Positions 36,570-51,184 of a DNA stretch of 64,000 nt are shown here, in pieces. Under the pieces are notes generated by a model. The model was given only the letters and a program-made list of their open reading frames with translations. It searched no databases and was not told the origin of the DNA. The position numbers and the translations under genes are program-made. The first letter of the stretch is position 1; each line of letters opens with the position of its first letter. The DNA is from Azolla caroliniana (Eukaryota; Plantae; Polypodiophyta): assembly GCA_043228905.1 (NCBI GenBank), contig JBHGNT010000007.1, forward strand, positions 16,430,001 through 16,494,000, written 5' to 3'.

Positions 36570-39295
36570 CTTTCATCAAATTCAGCATCTCGGTTCTCTC
36601 GAACTTATTTTGTTCGGGGGTTATAACACTTATAACCCTTTTGCTCATGTGAGTAGCTAACAAGGATGCACTTCTCTAACTTTGGATCCAACTTTCTCCG
36701 CTTCTCACCCGGCACATGCGCATAAGCCATGCTATCGAATATCCTAAGGTGCCTCAAGTTCGGCTTCCACTTGAAATATATCTTGTGTGTTGACACCTTA
36801 TCCTTGATCCTGTTTTGGATGTAGACGGTCGTCCTGACCGCCTCAGCCCAATAGAATTTGGGCATGCTTTTCTCCTCAAGCATTGCTCTTGCCGCGTCAA
36901 CAATCGACCGGTTCTTTCTCTCGGCCACACCGTTTTGTTCCGGTGTGTATCTGCATCTGAATTCTCTCCGAATTCCCGTATGTTGTCGAAAACTATTGAA
37001 TTGGCCGGAAAAATATTCTTTTCTGCCATCCGACCACAGGCACTTGATCTTCCTCACCGTTTCCCTTTCGACTAAGGTTTGAAGGTCCCGGAAACAATCT
37101 AAGACTTCGCTTTTCTTCTCGATGAGGTAGACCCACATGTGACGGTTGTAATTGTAGGTGAAAGAGATGAAATATCGGCTCCCACCAAGACTAACGTTTT
37201 GTGTCGATCGCCATACATCCGACTATATTAGATCGAGCTTGTTAAGGCTCCAGTTTCTTTCGGAGGGGAAAGGAAGTTGATGTTGCTTCCCGAGTTGGCA
37301 GGCTTCACATATTTGGGCCTTCCGGCCACTGAATTTTGATAAATCCAAAAACAACTTGTCTCGATTGCAGATCTTGAAGCCTCTAGTAATTAACGTGGCC
37401 GATCCGCTTGTGCCATAGATCGATATCCGATTCCATCTTCTGACCTCTTGCGAACATAGCGGAGCCGACGTCATTGGTGTTGAGGATGAACATCCTCCCG
37501 TCCTGGTGTCCTTGCGCGATTATCCGGCCTTCTTCTTCCATGAAGCACTCGAGGTGCGTGAACCGCACCTGGATCCCCTGGTCGACGATATGCCCGACCG
37601 ACAACAAGTTCTTTGTGATTGTCGGGACGTGCAACACATTCATGAGCTTCCCTCTCTGTCCGACATGACAGAGGGAAACTTCAATGACATGCTCGATCGG
37701 GTGAGGAGTGTCATCTCCGGTCTTGACAACTCCCAGTTGTTTCAGTTTTTCCAGGAACGAGAACAACTCTTCGTGGCTCGTCATATGATTGGAAGCTTCG
37801 GAATCAACATACCACACTTCCTCCGATCCGGAAGTGGTCTTCTTCATCGAGTTCGCCTCGTGCTTCATCAGGAAGGCTGGCCCTTTACCAGTCGTCCCGG
37901 TTCCGGATACTTTTGATCCTTCTACATAGTGCGAGCTTTGCCAGTTTCCCTGTCTGGCCTTATCGGATCTGTATTTATTCAAATCGGCGCGCTTATTCAA
38001 GCACTCGCTCTCTGTGTGGCCTTTCTTGCCACAATACCAACATTTCGTGTCGGTTTTCGATTGTCGTCCTCCGGCACCAACTTGACTCCCCCTACTCGTG
38101 GAGGGTCCAAAACTGTTATCGACATTGTCTCTGTGCCCCTAATTCTGCTCTTGTCACCTACCTCCATTGCGTGGCGACCCACCTCGTCCTCCACGCCAAC
38201 GGAGCCGGTCTGCCTCCATGTACAACATCCGATTGTCTGTTTGAGTGGTCCTCGACCCACTCGCGTGGTGTTCTTCGACCATCAACATTGATTGCAGGTC
38301 GAAAAAGGATGGTGGCTTCTCCCAGGTGCAAATTGCCGTCCTAATTGGCCCGTACTGTTGTAATAGACCACTGAGGCAGATTTGGACCATCTCATCTTCG
38401 TCCACCGTCATGTTGATGGACCCGAGCGCGTCGCAAATCTCCTTTATTTTTCTGGTGTAGTCGGTCACGGACATATCCCTCTGTTGGATATTGTTGAGCT
38501 CTTGTCGGAGTTTCAACTTCCGTGTCGTGGTACTAACAGCCGAAATCTTCCGGAGATTTTCCTAGGCCTCCTTCGGCATTTTTGCTTCTTTGATGTAGCC
38601 GAGCATTTGGTCATGCACACAGGATGCGAGGTAGTAAAGCACTCTACTCGCTCCTTATTCCCATGCCGGGAAGTCCTTGTGTGCCGGCTCCGGCACTATC
38701 TCATTCGTTTCTTCCACATAGCTCCAATAACCATGCCCCAATCGGTATTGGTGTATTTTGTACGACCAGGACGCATAGTTGCTCCGGTCAAGCTTTTCTG
38801 TCGGAAGCGAACTCGCCATGCTTCTGTCCATACCTTTCTCTGTTTGTTCTTTACCGGGTGTTAGGGTTTGTCTTAAGAAAACGTTTGTCGGCTACTGAGG
38901 TTCTCAAAAAGAATATGCTTGCGGAAGCTAAATCAAACCAGCTTGGCCGGATAGCAACAGAACACAAACGTAGGTTGAATGGAATCTTGAGATTACACAA
39001 TATACAAGGGAGAGACAACGAGAGCAGAACATAAACTCTATTCAATATAATAGCACACTATACATAGAATGTGCTCAAAGCGCACTTTTATACAAGTTCA
39101 TTTAAGGACTGACAGAAGTACTCACAAGTACTTCAATGCTCATACGAGCGATTGATAGTGACTCCCAAAAATATGCCTACGTATTAGGATAGATTCGTAG
39201 GATTCTAACGACCTACCGGGTACAATCCGATCCGGCTCCTGGTTCTGGATACCATCCGACACCGATCCGGATCCGTTGAGCTTACTCGCTCAACA
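36570..39295 (-). mobile_element. Copia 5' portion (LTR, gag, protease, integrase), degenerate
   Basis: LTR starts TGTTGAG at 39295; gag MASSLPTEKLDRSNYASW at ~38820; WYVDSEASNH; LWHKRIGH; YTPEQNGVAERKN; KGYKCYNP. Confidence 0.88.
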
Positions 39296-42200
39296 GGAGT
39301 TCACATAACCGATTTCCTCTAGGTCGACGCTGGCGATGACTAAATCATCAACATAAAGTAAGATATTAACTGGCCCACTTCGACCTTGCCGGATGAAAAG
39401 TCAAGAGTCTGACTTCGATGTGGTAAACCCCATCAGACATAGTCATTGCGTGATCTTCGCGTTCGAGGCACGCGGGGCTTGCTTAAGTCCATAGAGGGAC
39501 TTCTTCAGTCGGCAAACAGCTAACATGTTCATTCCGGACTGAAAATTGGGGGGTTGTACCATGTACACTTGTTCTTCAAGATCTCGTAGGAACGCGTTTT
39601 TTACATCCATTTGATATAGATGCCACCCCTTCACCGCCACCATCTCTAGCAATACACAGACGATCATCATCTTTGCGACCGACGCAAATGTCTCATCATA
39701 GTCAATGTCGTGTTGCTACACATAACCCTTCGCTACTAATCGGACCTTGTACAAATTGACGGAGTTGTCGAAGTTGTACTTGACCTTGTACACCAACCTG
39801 CACCCGATTAGCTTTATTCCCTTCGGAACGTCAAGTAGATTCCATGTTTCGTTCTTTGCGAGAGCGTGCATCTCTTCCTCCATAGCGGCACACCAATTTG
39901 CATCATTTGCCGCTTCTGTGAAGCTCTTCGGCTCACACACATACGCCACATTTGTCATGTACGCATAGTGATGCGCTATGTAGTCGTTATATCCATATCA
40001 AGCTACGAGGTGCTTCTGGCAGGTAGATCGACGCAATTCTTGTTCTACCGATTTGATGGCCCTCTTTGCCGACTCCGACCTCTTCTCCAGAGGTCCGTCT
40101 TCATGCTTTCCAGAGTCGGATTCGCTTCAATCCAACTCATCTTTGTTTGTGCCATACTCCTGCATCTTCTTCTTTCCTTTCTCCTTATGCATAAGCCATC
40201 TCCGTGGCTTCTGGCTTGGAGATAGCACGGTCGAGTTTCCACTACTCGCCAGCTCCTCATTCAATTGGTCATTCCAACTCGGTCTCTCATTCAGCCTGCT
40301 TAGCTAGAATGAGATTGGACTCTCTTCTAGAGCTCCAATTCTTCTTCGTCTGCAAGCATTTCAGCCTCACTAACCTCATCCTCAGAGATCGGAATGGAGT
40401 TTTCGAGGGTTGGAGGCGAGGGCAAGTACCATGACATCGACTCATCGAACACAACATCTTGACTGACGCGGACTGATTTGGTTCGGGGGTTATAACATTT
40501 ATAACCCTTCTGCTCATCCGAGTAGCCGACGAGAATGCACTTCTTGGCTTTTGTGTCTAGCTTCCTCCACTTCTCCTTCAGCACATGCACATAGGCAATA
40601 CTGCCGAACACCCTCAACTGTTCCAGATACAGCTCATGTGGTGACACTCCTCCACTTGCAGACGTCCGATTTTGTAGGTAGACAGTCCTCCAGATTGCTT
40701 CAGCCCAGTAAAACTTTGACAAATGCTTCTCTTCAAGCATTGCACATGCCGCCTCCTCTATAGTCCGATTCTTCCACTCGACCACACCGTTCTGCTCTAA
40801 TATGTATCTGGAAGAGAATTCTCATCAAATTCCTTCCTTTTCCAGATAACTTGAGAACCAATCGGAAAAGTACTCTTTTCCGCCATCGAACCTCCAGCAC
40901 GATTTTTTTGCTAGTTTCCTGTTCGGCAAGGCTCTTCACCTTCAGGAAGTAGGCGAAGACTTTGCTCTTCTTCACGATCAAGCACGCCCAAGTGTGTTGA
41001 ATGTAGTAATTGATGAAGGTTACAAAGTAAGGACTTCCTCTGATGCTCACGTTCTATGCCGGTCCCCAGACATCCGAATGGATTAAATTGAGTTGTTTCA
41101 ACCACTGAATTTCCACAACCCAAAAACGATATTCTTCGTGTCCATTTCTTGAAGCCACGAGAAGTTGACATGACCAAACCGTTTGTGCCATAGGTTAATG
41201 TTCGACTCGACCTTTTTCCCTTTTGCAAACATCGCAGTTCTTACCTCGTTCGTTTTGAGGATGAACATCCTCCCTTTTCGGTGCCCTTGTGCGATGACTT
41301 TGCCCTCTTCTTCGATGAAGCATCCGAGGTGTGTGAACCGAACCTGCATCCCTTGGTCGACAATTTGTCCAACCGACACAAGGTTCTTCGTGATTGTCAG
41401 GATGTGCAAGACATTCATCAGCTTCCCTTTTTGTCCAATGTGGTTTAAGGGAACTTCACCAACATGTTCGATGGTATGTGGGGCGTCGTCACCGGTTTTG
41501 ACGACCCCTGGTTGTTTCGGTTTCTCCAAATACGAGAACCACTCCTCGTGGTTTGTCATATGGTTCGACGCTCCGGAATCAACATACCATATCTCGTTCA
41601 GTTTCGATGTGCTTGTTTTCATCGAATTAGCCTTGTGCTTCATCACAAAGGTTGGGCCCAATCCATTTCCGGCTCCTCTTGAGCCTTCTGCGTAGTGCGA
41701 TCTTTGACACTGATCTACATCTCTCCAGCTCGATCCGGTTTTGTCCGAATCGGTCCGTTTCTTCCAGCACTCGCTTTATCTGTGGTCCTTCTGGCCATAG
41801 TACCAACAGTCTATTGTGGCCTTCCCTTTCTAGATCTCGGTCTTGGTCTGGTACTACTGTCAGCATCATATTTGTGCCTCTGATTCTACTCTTGTCAGTC
41901 GCTTCCAATGAGTGCCAATCCACCTCGTCCGCCACGACCACAAGGCCTCTCTGCCTGTGTATAGCATCTTGGTGTCGGTGTGTGTACTCATTGACACACC
42001 CACATGGTTCTCCTCTACAAGGAGCATTGACTGTAAGTCAAAAAACGAAGGTGTATTCTCCCTTGTGCAGACCGCCGTTCGGAATGCTCCGAACTTCGAC
42101 GCCAAGCCTTGGAGGTAGACCTCCACCATTTCATCCTCCTCGATTGTCACATTGATGGAGGCAAGGAAGTCGCAGATCTCCTTGATCTAGGTTGTATAGT

Positions 42201-42300
42201 CGGCCACCGACATGTCTTTCTGTCGGATGTTGCTCAACTTCTGTCTACGTTGCAACTTCCAGGCCATGGTGCTTGCGGCGAAAACCTTTTTCAGGTTCGT
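39296..42300 (-). mobile_element. Related Copia (gag-PR-IN-RT fragment) hosting the 36570-39295 copy
   Basis: WYVDSGASNH, LWHKRFGH, KGYKCYNP, EPKSFTEA..AMEEEM, QMDVKNAFL, LKKSLYGLKQAPR, LYVDDL. Confidence 0.88.
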
Positions 42301-44515
42301 TCAGAGAGGTAAGTGTTTACATTGTTGCTTTGTAGATTTTAAGAAAGCTTTGATATGGCACCTTGTAAACATTGTTGGAGGCACATGAAAATATTTGGAT
42401 TGCCAAATGAATATATGTTTGCAATTGCTTAAATCTAGTAGAAAGTTATATGTTGTGTACGTATAGGCAATCAACTTTAGATTTTTTCAATAACACTATT
42501 GGTGTTAAAAAGGATGCTCACTCTCACAAATTGTATTTTTTCAACGCATTGATGAATTTCAACAAATGATTGCCAAGTTTGTACATGAACAAGGATAGAT
42601 TAAATTATGTAGTCATCATACTTTTGTTGTATAGAGATGATGTGGTACTTACTCAAATACTCTAGGAGATGCACAAAATCTTACGACGATATCAAAAGAG
42701 TTTTGGATGGATACAAAGTTGAGTGTTAGTAGCTCTAAAACAAAGATTATGCTTGTGGGAACCAAAATAACAATGACAATAATGAGCCACTTGAAACTGT
42801 GGAAAAACTTTAAATACCTTTGCTTTGAAGTTCCTTCAAATCAAAGATTGAATGAATGTGTTGCCCACCGCCTAGAGGCTAGAAAGAGAACATATTATTC
42901 ATTTCAGAACACATGCAATCATGGAGGATTAAAGTGTTGGGTCCTCAAGAAAAACGTTTTTGACACTTTAGTGATGTTGATGCTTCTTTATGGTGTGGAA
43001 ATATGGGATGATAGCATCCCTAAGTTCTCTTGGAAAGAGTTTGAAAATGTCTAAAAGCATTTGCTTATAAAGTTTCTCCAACTCAAGAAACTAACATAAT
43101 ACACTTGCTTAAGGTTGATTTCCAAGACTCACATGGGAAACGAGCTAAAAGGTCCAAAATACACATAAAAGCAAAATTTCCTCATACTAACTTTGAAGAC
43201 TCACATGGGAAGTAAATGAAAAGATCCAAAAGACATGCAAAATCAAAATTGTGTATCCTAGTTGTATGCAAGATATGGAAAAACCCTTTGGAGGATGAGA
43301 TACAACACACTTGCTTCATGATGCATCACTAGATTCCTTTGTGAACAAAACCCTTTTGCAACGCCGATGTATCAAACTATGGAGGTTCATGCTTCACATT
43401 TTACACTAGACGTGTTGCACCGAACTACCAAACTACATTCTTCACTGAATTGGGAAACCACACACATCAATGTGTTAGAGGCCATCTCATTGTCCACCAT
43501 TCTGGCATTTCTATCCTACAATTTAGCTGACACTCACTATTGTTAAGAGTCTAGTTCTAATCAATAAACCAAATTAAAGTAAAATAAAGATAAATAGATT
43601 GGATACAAGAACCCATTCCACGTGACCACCATAGCCAACCTACCACCAACATCCCATACCAACGTATATTAGGATGATTAATATCTTGGAAGAGATAACA
43701 GGATCATCATGATGAAGGTCTCGCCCGCACCGTTGGTGTCTTCAGACAAAAACCTTACGAAGTAATGTGTTTTATGAGAGTAGTTAGGCCTCATATTTAT
43801 ACCTCTTCCTAAGGCCCCTTGAATGAATGTGCCTTTTTAAAAGACTCTTCATTCATTGGTTGTCAAGATCATGATAGTGCGCATGTACCCATCATTCTTT
43901 GTATCCAATCACATTACTCCCTTTCTAATATTAGTGAACACACCCTTCATTTATGTAAATATTAGTGATCTATCCTCACCTACATTGCCCTAAAGGGGTC
44001 GGGACATAGTTATTGAGAGTAATTAACTATACAAACATTGCCCCAAACAAGTTTGTATATTACACTTTAATACAATGCTTTGCCTTTGATCATATATGAT
44101 TGCTTTCCATACATCTTCAAGCAAACCCAAACCTTCTATAAATTTCTTGTACAATCATAGTGTGCACTCTTGATTGTGACATTCATTAGTAAAGTTCATG
44201 AACATCGAGAGTCACTAATCATAATCACATGTATTACACGAAAATGTTTATATTTTTTGTCTCATCGGTCATACTTGACCTTTGAAGACAATGATAAATT
44301 GATCTATCTCTCAATTGCAACATCTTCATACAAGCCCAATCCTTGCACACATTTATTTCATAGTCACAAGGTGTATTCTTGATTGCGATATTTATTAGAA
44401 AAGTTCCCGAAGATTGAGTATCACTACTCATCTTAGTTGTATTACATGAAAATATTATCTTTTTGGTGTTATTGTTCATATTTGACCTTTGCCGACGTAA
44501 TAGAATCTATCTATC
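42300..44515 (+). mobile_element. Older degenerate RTEX-like LINE with an LTR-like insert (~43541-43990) and a second 3' end (44320-44515)
   Basis: CCFVDFKKAFD, LLLYRDD, TKIMLV, LLYGVEIW; same family as 47502-50068; two ATCTATC tails. Confidence 0.8.
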
Positions 44516-45087
44516 AGTTGTATCTATATATGCCACTCACTTAGAATAGATACTTCTCATTGGCAGACACACATGCACAAATATAAAATTGCATAGAAAG
44601 AAAGATAAGATGAGGAAAGGTAGCATCTATGGAATGAAATCCAAGCATGCTAAGAAAGAGGTGTTGGGGCCAAACGCAATACAAAATGAGGGCATATATA
44701 ATTTCAGAAAGGATACAAAATTGTGATAATATGTAAAGAATAGAAATTGTATGCAGACAATAGAATGCAAATCTCGAGGATACGAGGAAGGAAGAACTAG
44801 GTTGTGACGAATGCACTACACACACAGAGCACACAAGTGTGTGTGTGAGTGTGGACAAAGCCGAGGACATGCGGGCGCATTGGTCGATGTCCGAGACGAG
44901 GGACAACATGGAAGTCCCAAGCAATTCATAAGTACCAACTCCAAAGGATTGATTGTGAGCATTGAGTAATAAGGGGTTTTGTGTGTGTGTTTGTAATAAG
45001 GGGTATTGTGTGTGTGTGTTTTGAAATAAGGGGTTGTTCACATGGAGCCAACCAATACAAGAAAGAAATGTATGGGGCGGAAACACC

Positions 45088-46754
45088 TCAACAACCTTGA
45101 GGTCGGAAACCGATGCGAGAATTATCTAGGTCATACAACACCTCAAAGTTCTGGTGCAACATGTTACCCACGATCTGAAGGCCTCCGGAATTGGTCGGAA
45201 TCATAGCCAAGCAGAAGGTCCCTTGATTGTCCACGGGAATGAAGTAATTGGGCACCGGCACCCCGATGTCCACCCCTTGCAAATGCAATGTGAGGGGCGG
45301 CACAGAGGCCCCGGAGGCCGATGCGTAGCAAGCCGGGAAGTTAGGGTGCCCCGTGTACGGGCTCAACCGGATGGCCGAATCAAATGCTTGCTTGATGACC
45401 GAGAACGCGTCCTTTGGGATGTATGTGTATGTAGTCCCGGAGTCTAAGATCATGCCTCCAGCTCCTTGTTGGTTTATGTCGAAGATCCCGGCCGGGAGGC
45501 TCAGCCGTTGGTTGGCCACGCTGAAGCCGACCACGTTGATGTAGTAGAGGGAGGCGACAATGTACGGGTTGGCAATCATCGGGGTGAAGCTCATCCCAGC
45601 CGAGGACGATTGGCCTGCCAGACCTCCGATGACCAATCGGGTGGAGGTGGTGGACGGCTGCGGGAGGAGGCAGTAGGAGAATTTCCGGCCCCCAATGCTC
45701 GGTCCGAGCTGGGAAGGTAAGGATAGGGAGCTTTGGCCCATGCCCACGAGGCCGGCCGCGCCTCCGTAGTCTCCTTGGTTGGAGTACCCGCACCCGAAGG
45801 CTATGTCCACCGCGGATGCAGCACCAGCATTGGAGGAGGCATCGGAGAATGTGAGGCGATCGGTCCCAAGTGTGCCTTGGGTAGTGGCCTGGCTGGCATA
45901 GCTGTATGTGTACATGCAATCGGCCGAGGCGGTAGTTCCACATTTCCCCGAGAGGCTCTGGCAGTAGGAGGTGGAGCAGGGGAGAGTACGGTAGCTGGAG
46001 GAGGCGGAGGGCGTGAACAAGGCGGCCTTCTGGGCCACACAGGAGGTGCAAGGCGCACACTGCGTCCACACGAGCTGGCTCCCGGTGTCCATTATCATGG
46101 GCAGCTTCAATGAAGGGGTGCCCAGGGATATCTATATGTCCACCAGAGAAAACCATAATTTGAGTGAGTTCTTCCTTTCTTTCTAACAGAAGAAAACCTA
46201 TAGAAAAGAAGCATGTACATATATGTATGTATGTATATATATACCTCCATTAGGAAGAGACCGAGGCCTGCGTTTACCACGAAGCTCGCCCCGCCCGCAA
46301 ACGCCGACTTGTTCCCGGCCTCCCGCACCACGATCGCGTTGTTGATCTTCGTGTTGAGGTCCCCGATCCTCATGGCATCGTGCTTTGCCAATGCGGCCAG
46401 CCGCTCGGGGCCCGTGGCATCGGGCAGCACGATGTCCGGGCGCGGCCGGATCTCGGCCTCGATCGGACTAATGCTGGCCGGGGCAGGCGTAGTAGTGCTG
46501 AAGCGAGGAATAGATGGCGTGCCGATGGGCGCGGGCGAGGGGTGGTGGCAATCCTCGGCCGTACTACGGGACCGCATTTCCGACGGGCCGTGACGCCGGT
46601 GAAGGGCCATGTTATTGTCTCGGCCCGCCATTATCCCGTCCATAGCCATAGCCATAGCCATAGCCATATGGGATGATGAGAAGATCATCGTTACAATGTA
46701 GTATGTGGCGAGAAGTGCAACAGCTCCGCAGCAGCGCAGGGCGAAGCCGGCCAT
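45088..46754 (-). CDS. Secreted nepenthesin-like (A1) aspartic protease, 2 exons
   Basis: Exons 46754-46245 and 46131-45088 with a 113-bp GT-AG intron, giving GLFLME-ISLGTP..IMDTGSQLVWTQC and ILDSGTT. Signal peptide, Cys-rich insert, GNMLHQNFEVLYD. Confidence 0.92.
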
Positions 46755-47121
46755 ATTTTGGGATTTTATCTAAATTTCTGCTTCTATTGCTGCTGCTGCT
46801 TGAATAATCGAATGAAGAAACTGGGGCCTCTCATTTCTTATATATATACATACACAAACACGCATACTTATTTCATTTTTCACTTATTTGTCTACTTCCC
46901 ACTGAATGAGGCGGATTAATATGTGTTAATATTCTAACTATGTATTTATTTATGTTTATTAGGTTCCAATTGATATCCCACATGTCAGCCATCGGACCGG
47001 CGAACACACTCCTCCACAGATCTAATCTCAACCGCACGATCGTTTTTTTTCTCTCCATTACGCTTTTAACGTGTTTTTTGGAGTAGGATACAATGTGCGT
47101 GATTGTGTGTGTATGGTGGGT

Positions 47122-47124
<3 letters not shown>

Positions 47125-47177
<53 letters not shown>
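47125..47177. repeat. (GT)n microsatellite
   Basis: Long pure GT run. Confidence 0.95.
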
Positions 47178-47179
<2 letters not shown>

Positions 47180-47501
47180 GGATGGTGGGTGGGTGTGAGT
47201 GTGTTTAGAGGCCATATTGTGTTGGGCCAATCCACTCAAGTGGAGCCCACAACATGGAATCGGTTGAGAGCCGAAGGGTCGATTTAGAGTCAGTTGAGCA
47301 TACAGCCGATTGGGAGTCGGCTGAGCGCCGAATTGTCTTAGGGCCAAAAGAAATAGGAGAAAAGTTATAAAGTGTATAATTATAATTTATATATGTGTGT
47401 ATGTATGTATGTATGTACATGCCCTTTTCTTTGTATGTTGTTTTTCCTTGGTGTGTGTCTTTTGTGTGTGTGTGTGTGTGTGCACGAGAGAATGAGAGAG
47501 A

Positions 47502-50068
47502 GATAGATAGATAGATAGATAGATTATATTATCGTCTTCGGAGATCAAATATGACCTATGAGACCAAAAATATTACATTTCACGTGATACGTGTGAAAGT
47601 GAGTAGTGACTCTCGATGTTCAAGAACTTTACCAATGAATGTTGCAATCGAGAGTGCACATTGTGGTTGTGAGAAGAATTCATGCAAAGATTGGGCTCGA
47701 TCGAAGAGATGTGGAAAGCATGGTCGAATATGATCAAAGGCAGAGCATTGTATCAAAGTGTGATACTCAGACTCGCGAACTTGTTTAGGGCAAAGTGTGC
47801 ATAGCCGACCACTCTCATCACTTGTACCCCAACGCCCTGTTTCACATCGCAATGCATGTGAGCTAAGTCGCATGGAAGCAATGGTTCGAATGGCAGATAA
47901 CGGTATGGGCTCTAACATGTATGGATGTGTACGATTTCCCCGTTCCGCAAAGAATATGGTTTTGTAGTTAGGTGCAACATGTGTAGTATAATGTGTGAAG
48001 CGTGAGCCTCCACATTTGTCCCATGTCATGATACATTGGCGTTGCAAAAATGCCTCATTTACAGAGGAATCTAATGATGCATTATGAAGCAAGTGTCTCG
48101 CATCCCATCTACCAAACCATTTTTCTATATCCTGCATCCAACCGGAACATAAAATTTTGCTTTTATGCGTCTTTTGGATCTTTTTGCTTGCTTCCCACGC
48201 AATTCTAGGAAGTCGATGTGAGGGACTTTTTTGAACCTTAAGCATGTATTCAATAACCCTTTCCATGGCCATGATCTCAATGGGAAGCGATCCTGTCTCA
48301 AGGAGGAGGAGGGTGTAGGGCGTTTGTTTCTTAACTTGTAGAAACTTGGTAAGAAAATGCTTTTGGACATTTTCAAACTCTTTCCACATAGACTTAGGGA
48401 TGCTACCACCCCATACTTCCACCCCATAGAGAAGAACTGGTGTCACCAAAGTGTCAAAAAGATATTTCTTGAGGACCCAACACTTAATATCTCCAAGATT
48501 GCATGTGTTCTCAAATGCATAGTATGTTCGTTTGCCCGCCTCTAAGCGGCGTGTAGCACATTCATTCCATCTATGATTTGAAGGAACTTCAAGGCCAAGA
48601 TATTTGAAGCTTTCCACACATTCAAGTGGCTCATTGTTGTACATAATGCATGGTTTATCTCTTTTTTGGCTCTTCACAAGCATAATCTTTGTTTTAGAGC
48701 TATTGACACTTAATTTAGTATGCATGCAAAATTTTTCCAATGCCTTCATAAGCTTTTGTGCATCTCCTAAAGTATTTGCAAAAAGCACTACGTCATCTGC
48801 ATAATCACAACATTCCCAATGGCAACTTCTTCAACACATTCTTCCTTTGCAAACTTGGTAACCATTTCTTCCAATTCATCAATGCATAGACCAAATAGTG
48901 TTGGTGAGAGTGGGCATCCTTGCTTAACACCAATAGTGCTTTTGAAAAAATCTGAAAGTTTATCTTTCATGCGCACACAACATATAACCTTCTCATAAAT
49001 TCGGGAAATTGCAAGCATATATTCACTTGGCACCTCAAGTTCTTCCATTCGCCTCCAAAGATGCTCACGAGGTACCATATCAAAAGCTTTCTTGAAGTCT
49101 ACAAAGCAACAATATAAACCTTTACCTCTAAGGCGACTTTCCTCCATTAATACTCGAAGGGTGATAAGGTGATCAATGGTGCTATGGTGTTTCCGAAAGC
49201 CAGCTTGTCCATAAGCTCTCTTACCACTTTTTTCAGCCCATACACTTATCTTTGATTCCATTATACATCCAAATAGTTTTGCCATTAATGAGCCAACCAT
49301 GATGGTTCGATAGTTGTTTACATTATTTATATCTCCACCTTTATGTAAAGGTTTGATCCAATTTGTAGTCCAATCGTACGGCATACCATGTTGCAATGCA
49401 TCATTAAACATATCGCTTATCCATATATGTGCTTCCTTTCCCGTCCATTTGAGCATTTCAGCCTTTATACATTGAAGATCGCTTGCCTTTCGAGAGGCCA
49501 ATTTCTTAAGTCCTATGCATATATCTTCAATTGTAAAGAAGGAAGGCATATGTGAAAGAGAACCATAACACATCATCTTTCCGGCAAGAGATAACTCATA
49601 TAAATTCTTACAATGCATAGACAAGTCGTGAAGAGTTAAGTCACCATAACTCTCAACACGTTTTCCCTTTAGATTTCCCCAAAATTTAGCACATGCATGT
49701 GCTTTCTCTTGCGTTTGGATAAATTGTTGAGTAACTTCCCATATTCTTCTCTTTCTTTGAATAAGCCTTTTATACTCATGCAAATGCTTTTGGTAATTCT
49801 CTTTATCCTTAACTACATCCAAAACCATAAGGCACTTTCGAGCTTCACGACATTCTTTATCAAACCATTTTTTCCTAAGTTTCTTGGTGCATTTCCAAGA
49901 TGTGCGGTTGGTCGAAAAACATTTGTTTGTACATGAGAGAATGACTTTCTTGAAAGCTTCCCATTTGCATTCTAGTGTGGCACCATGTTGTATCTTTGTC
50001 ATTTGTAACATATCCTCAACCATCTTGGAATACATGGGTGCTCGCTTAAGGTTCATGCTCAAGAGCAA
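47502..50068 (-). mobile_element. Young 5'-truncated RTEX-like LINE (RT plus C-terminal Cys/His domain)
   Basis: NYRTI, QAGFR, FVDFKKAFD, GVKQGCPLSPTLF, frameshift at the (Y)ADD site, KYLG, RLCTLC..H..C; (ATCT)n tail. Confidence 0.92.
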
Positions 50069-50069
50069 T

Positions 50070-51144
50070 AACTAAGTTACAAAGTGTTGGTTTAAATAAC
50101 AACTAATCTAGGGCAAGTGCCCAAGTTTCTACTAATTACAAATATATTCTAGTACGATGTCCATTGACTAGTGTGAACACTCTCGCTATGGGAAGTTGAG
50201 TTCAATTCTCAACACGCCCCTTCGAACACAACTTCCGTATGTCGAAAAGTCATTTCGGTTCGGTCTTCGGAATACTTCGATTCGGATGAATCAGCTTCCG
50301 GCTTTCGAAATCTTCGAACTTGGTTGTTCGGCTTTTCAGCTTCATGCTCGTTGTTCGTCATGCTTCAACTCCTCTGATCGGTTACTTCTACTTCTCGGCT
50401 CCTTCTGTGTCACCTACTGTACTGCCCCTCAAGCTTGGCAATGTAAAGATCGTGAGACCAAGGTCCGATGCGAATTGCTCGAGCTTGTCGACTCCTAAGG
50501 CCTTCGTAAAGATGACAACAATTTGAAGATTTGTATTGATGTGTTGTAGATCAATTTCGCTAGCCTGAACACGCTCACGAATGAAGCGGTAGTGCACTTC
50601 GATGTGTTTAATTCACGCGTGGAATACGGGTTCCGAGCAAGGTAGATGTTGCTCATGTTGTTGCAAAAGAGGCGAATTGGATCCGTGATCGGAACACCCA
50701 GGTCCTTCAAGATGCGATTGAGCCAAACAGCTTTGCACACGACGACTGTTGTGCCCGACAGTCATAGTTCCTAATATTCGCGTACGTCCAATTTACTGGA
50801 CGTACGCGAACGTTTGCAAACGTACGCGTATGATACGCGATATTCGTTTGGCTTCTTTTTTTTTTTTACTGTTTTTTGGTTTTTTTTTATTTTATATTCA
50901 TAATATTTTGTGAATAGAAGTGACATCTGACACACATACACACTCTCTCTCTCTCTCACACGAGAACTGACAGATTTTCTCTCTCTACAAAATCTAGATA
51001 TCTAATATACATATTACATACTCCCTCACATAGACAAAACCCATAGCTCCTCTCTCTCTCTCTCTCTCTAGAGTCTAGATATACACTCAATCACTGTCTC
51101 CTCACACATGCAAAACAGGGCTTCTCTCTCTAGACCACACACGC

Positions 51145-51184
<40 letters not shown>

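Noticed and set aside
44541-45086. 181-aa ORF right after the protease stop
   Set aside because: Low-complexity 3' UTR with short tandem repeats and a non-ATG start.
45380-46156. 258-aa alternative-frame ORF
   Set aside because: Frame shadow of the GC-rich protease exon.
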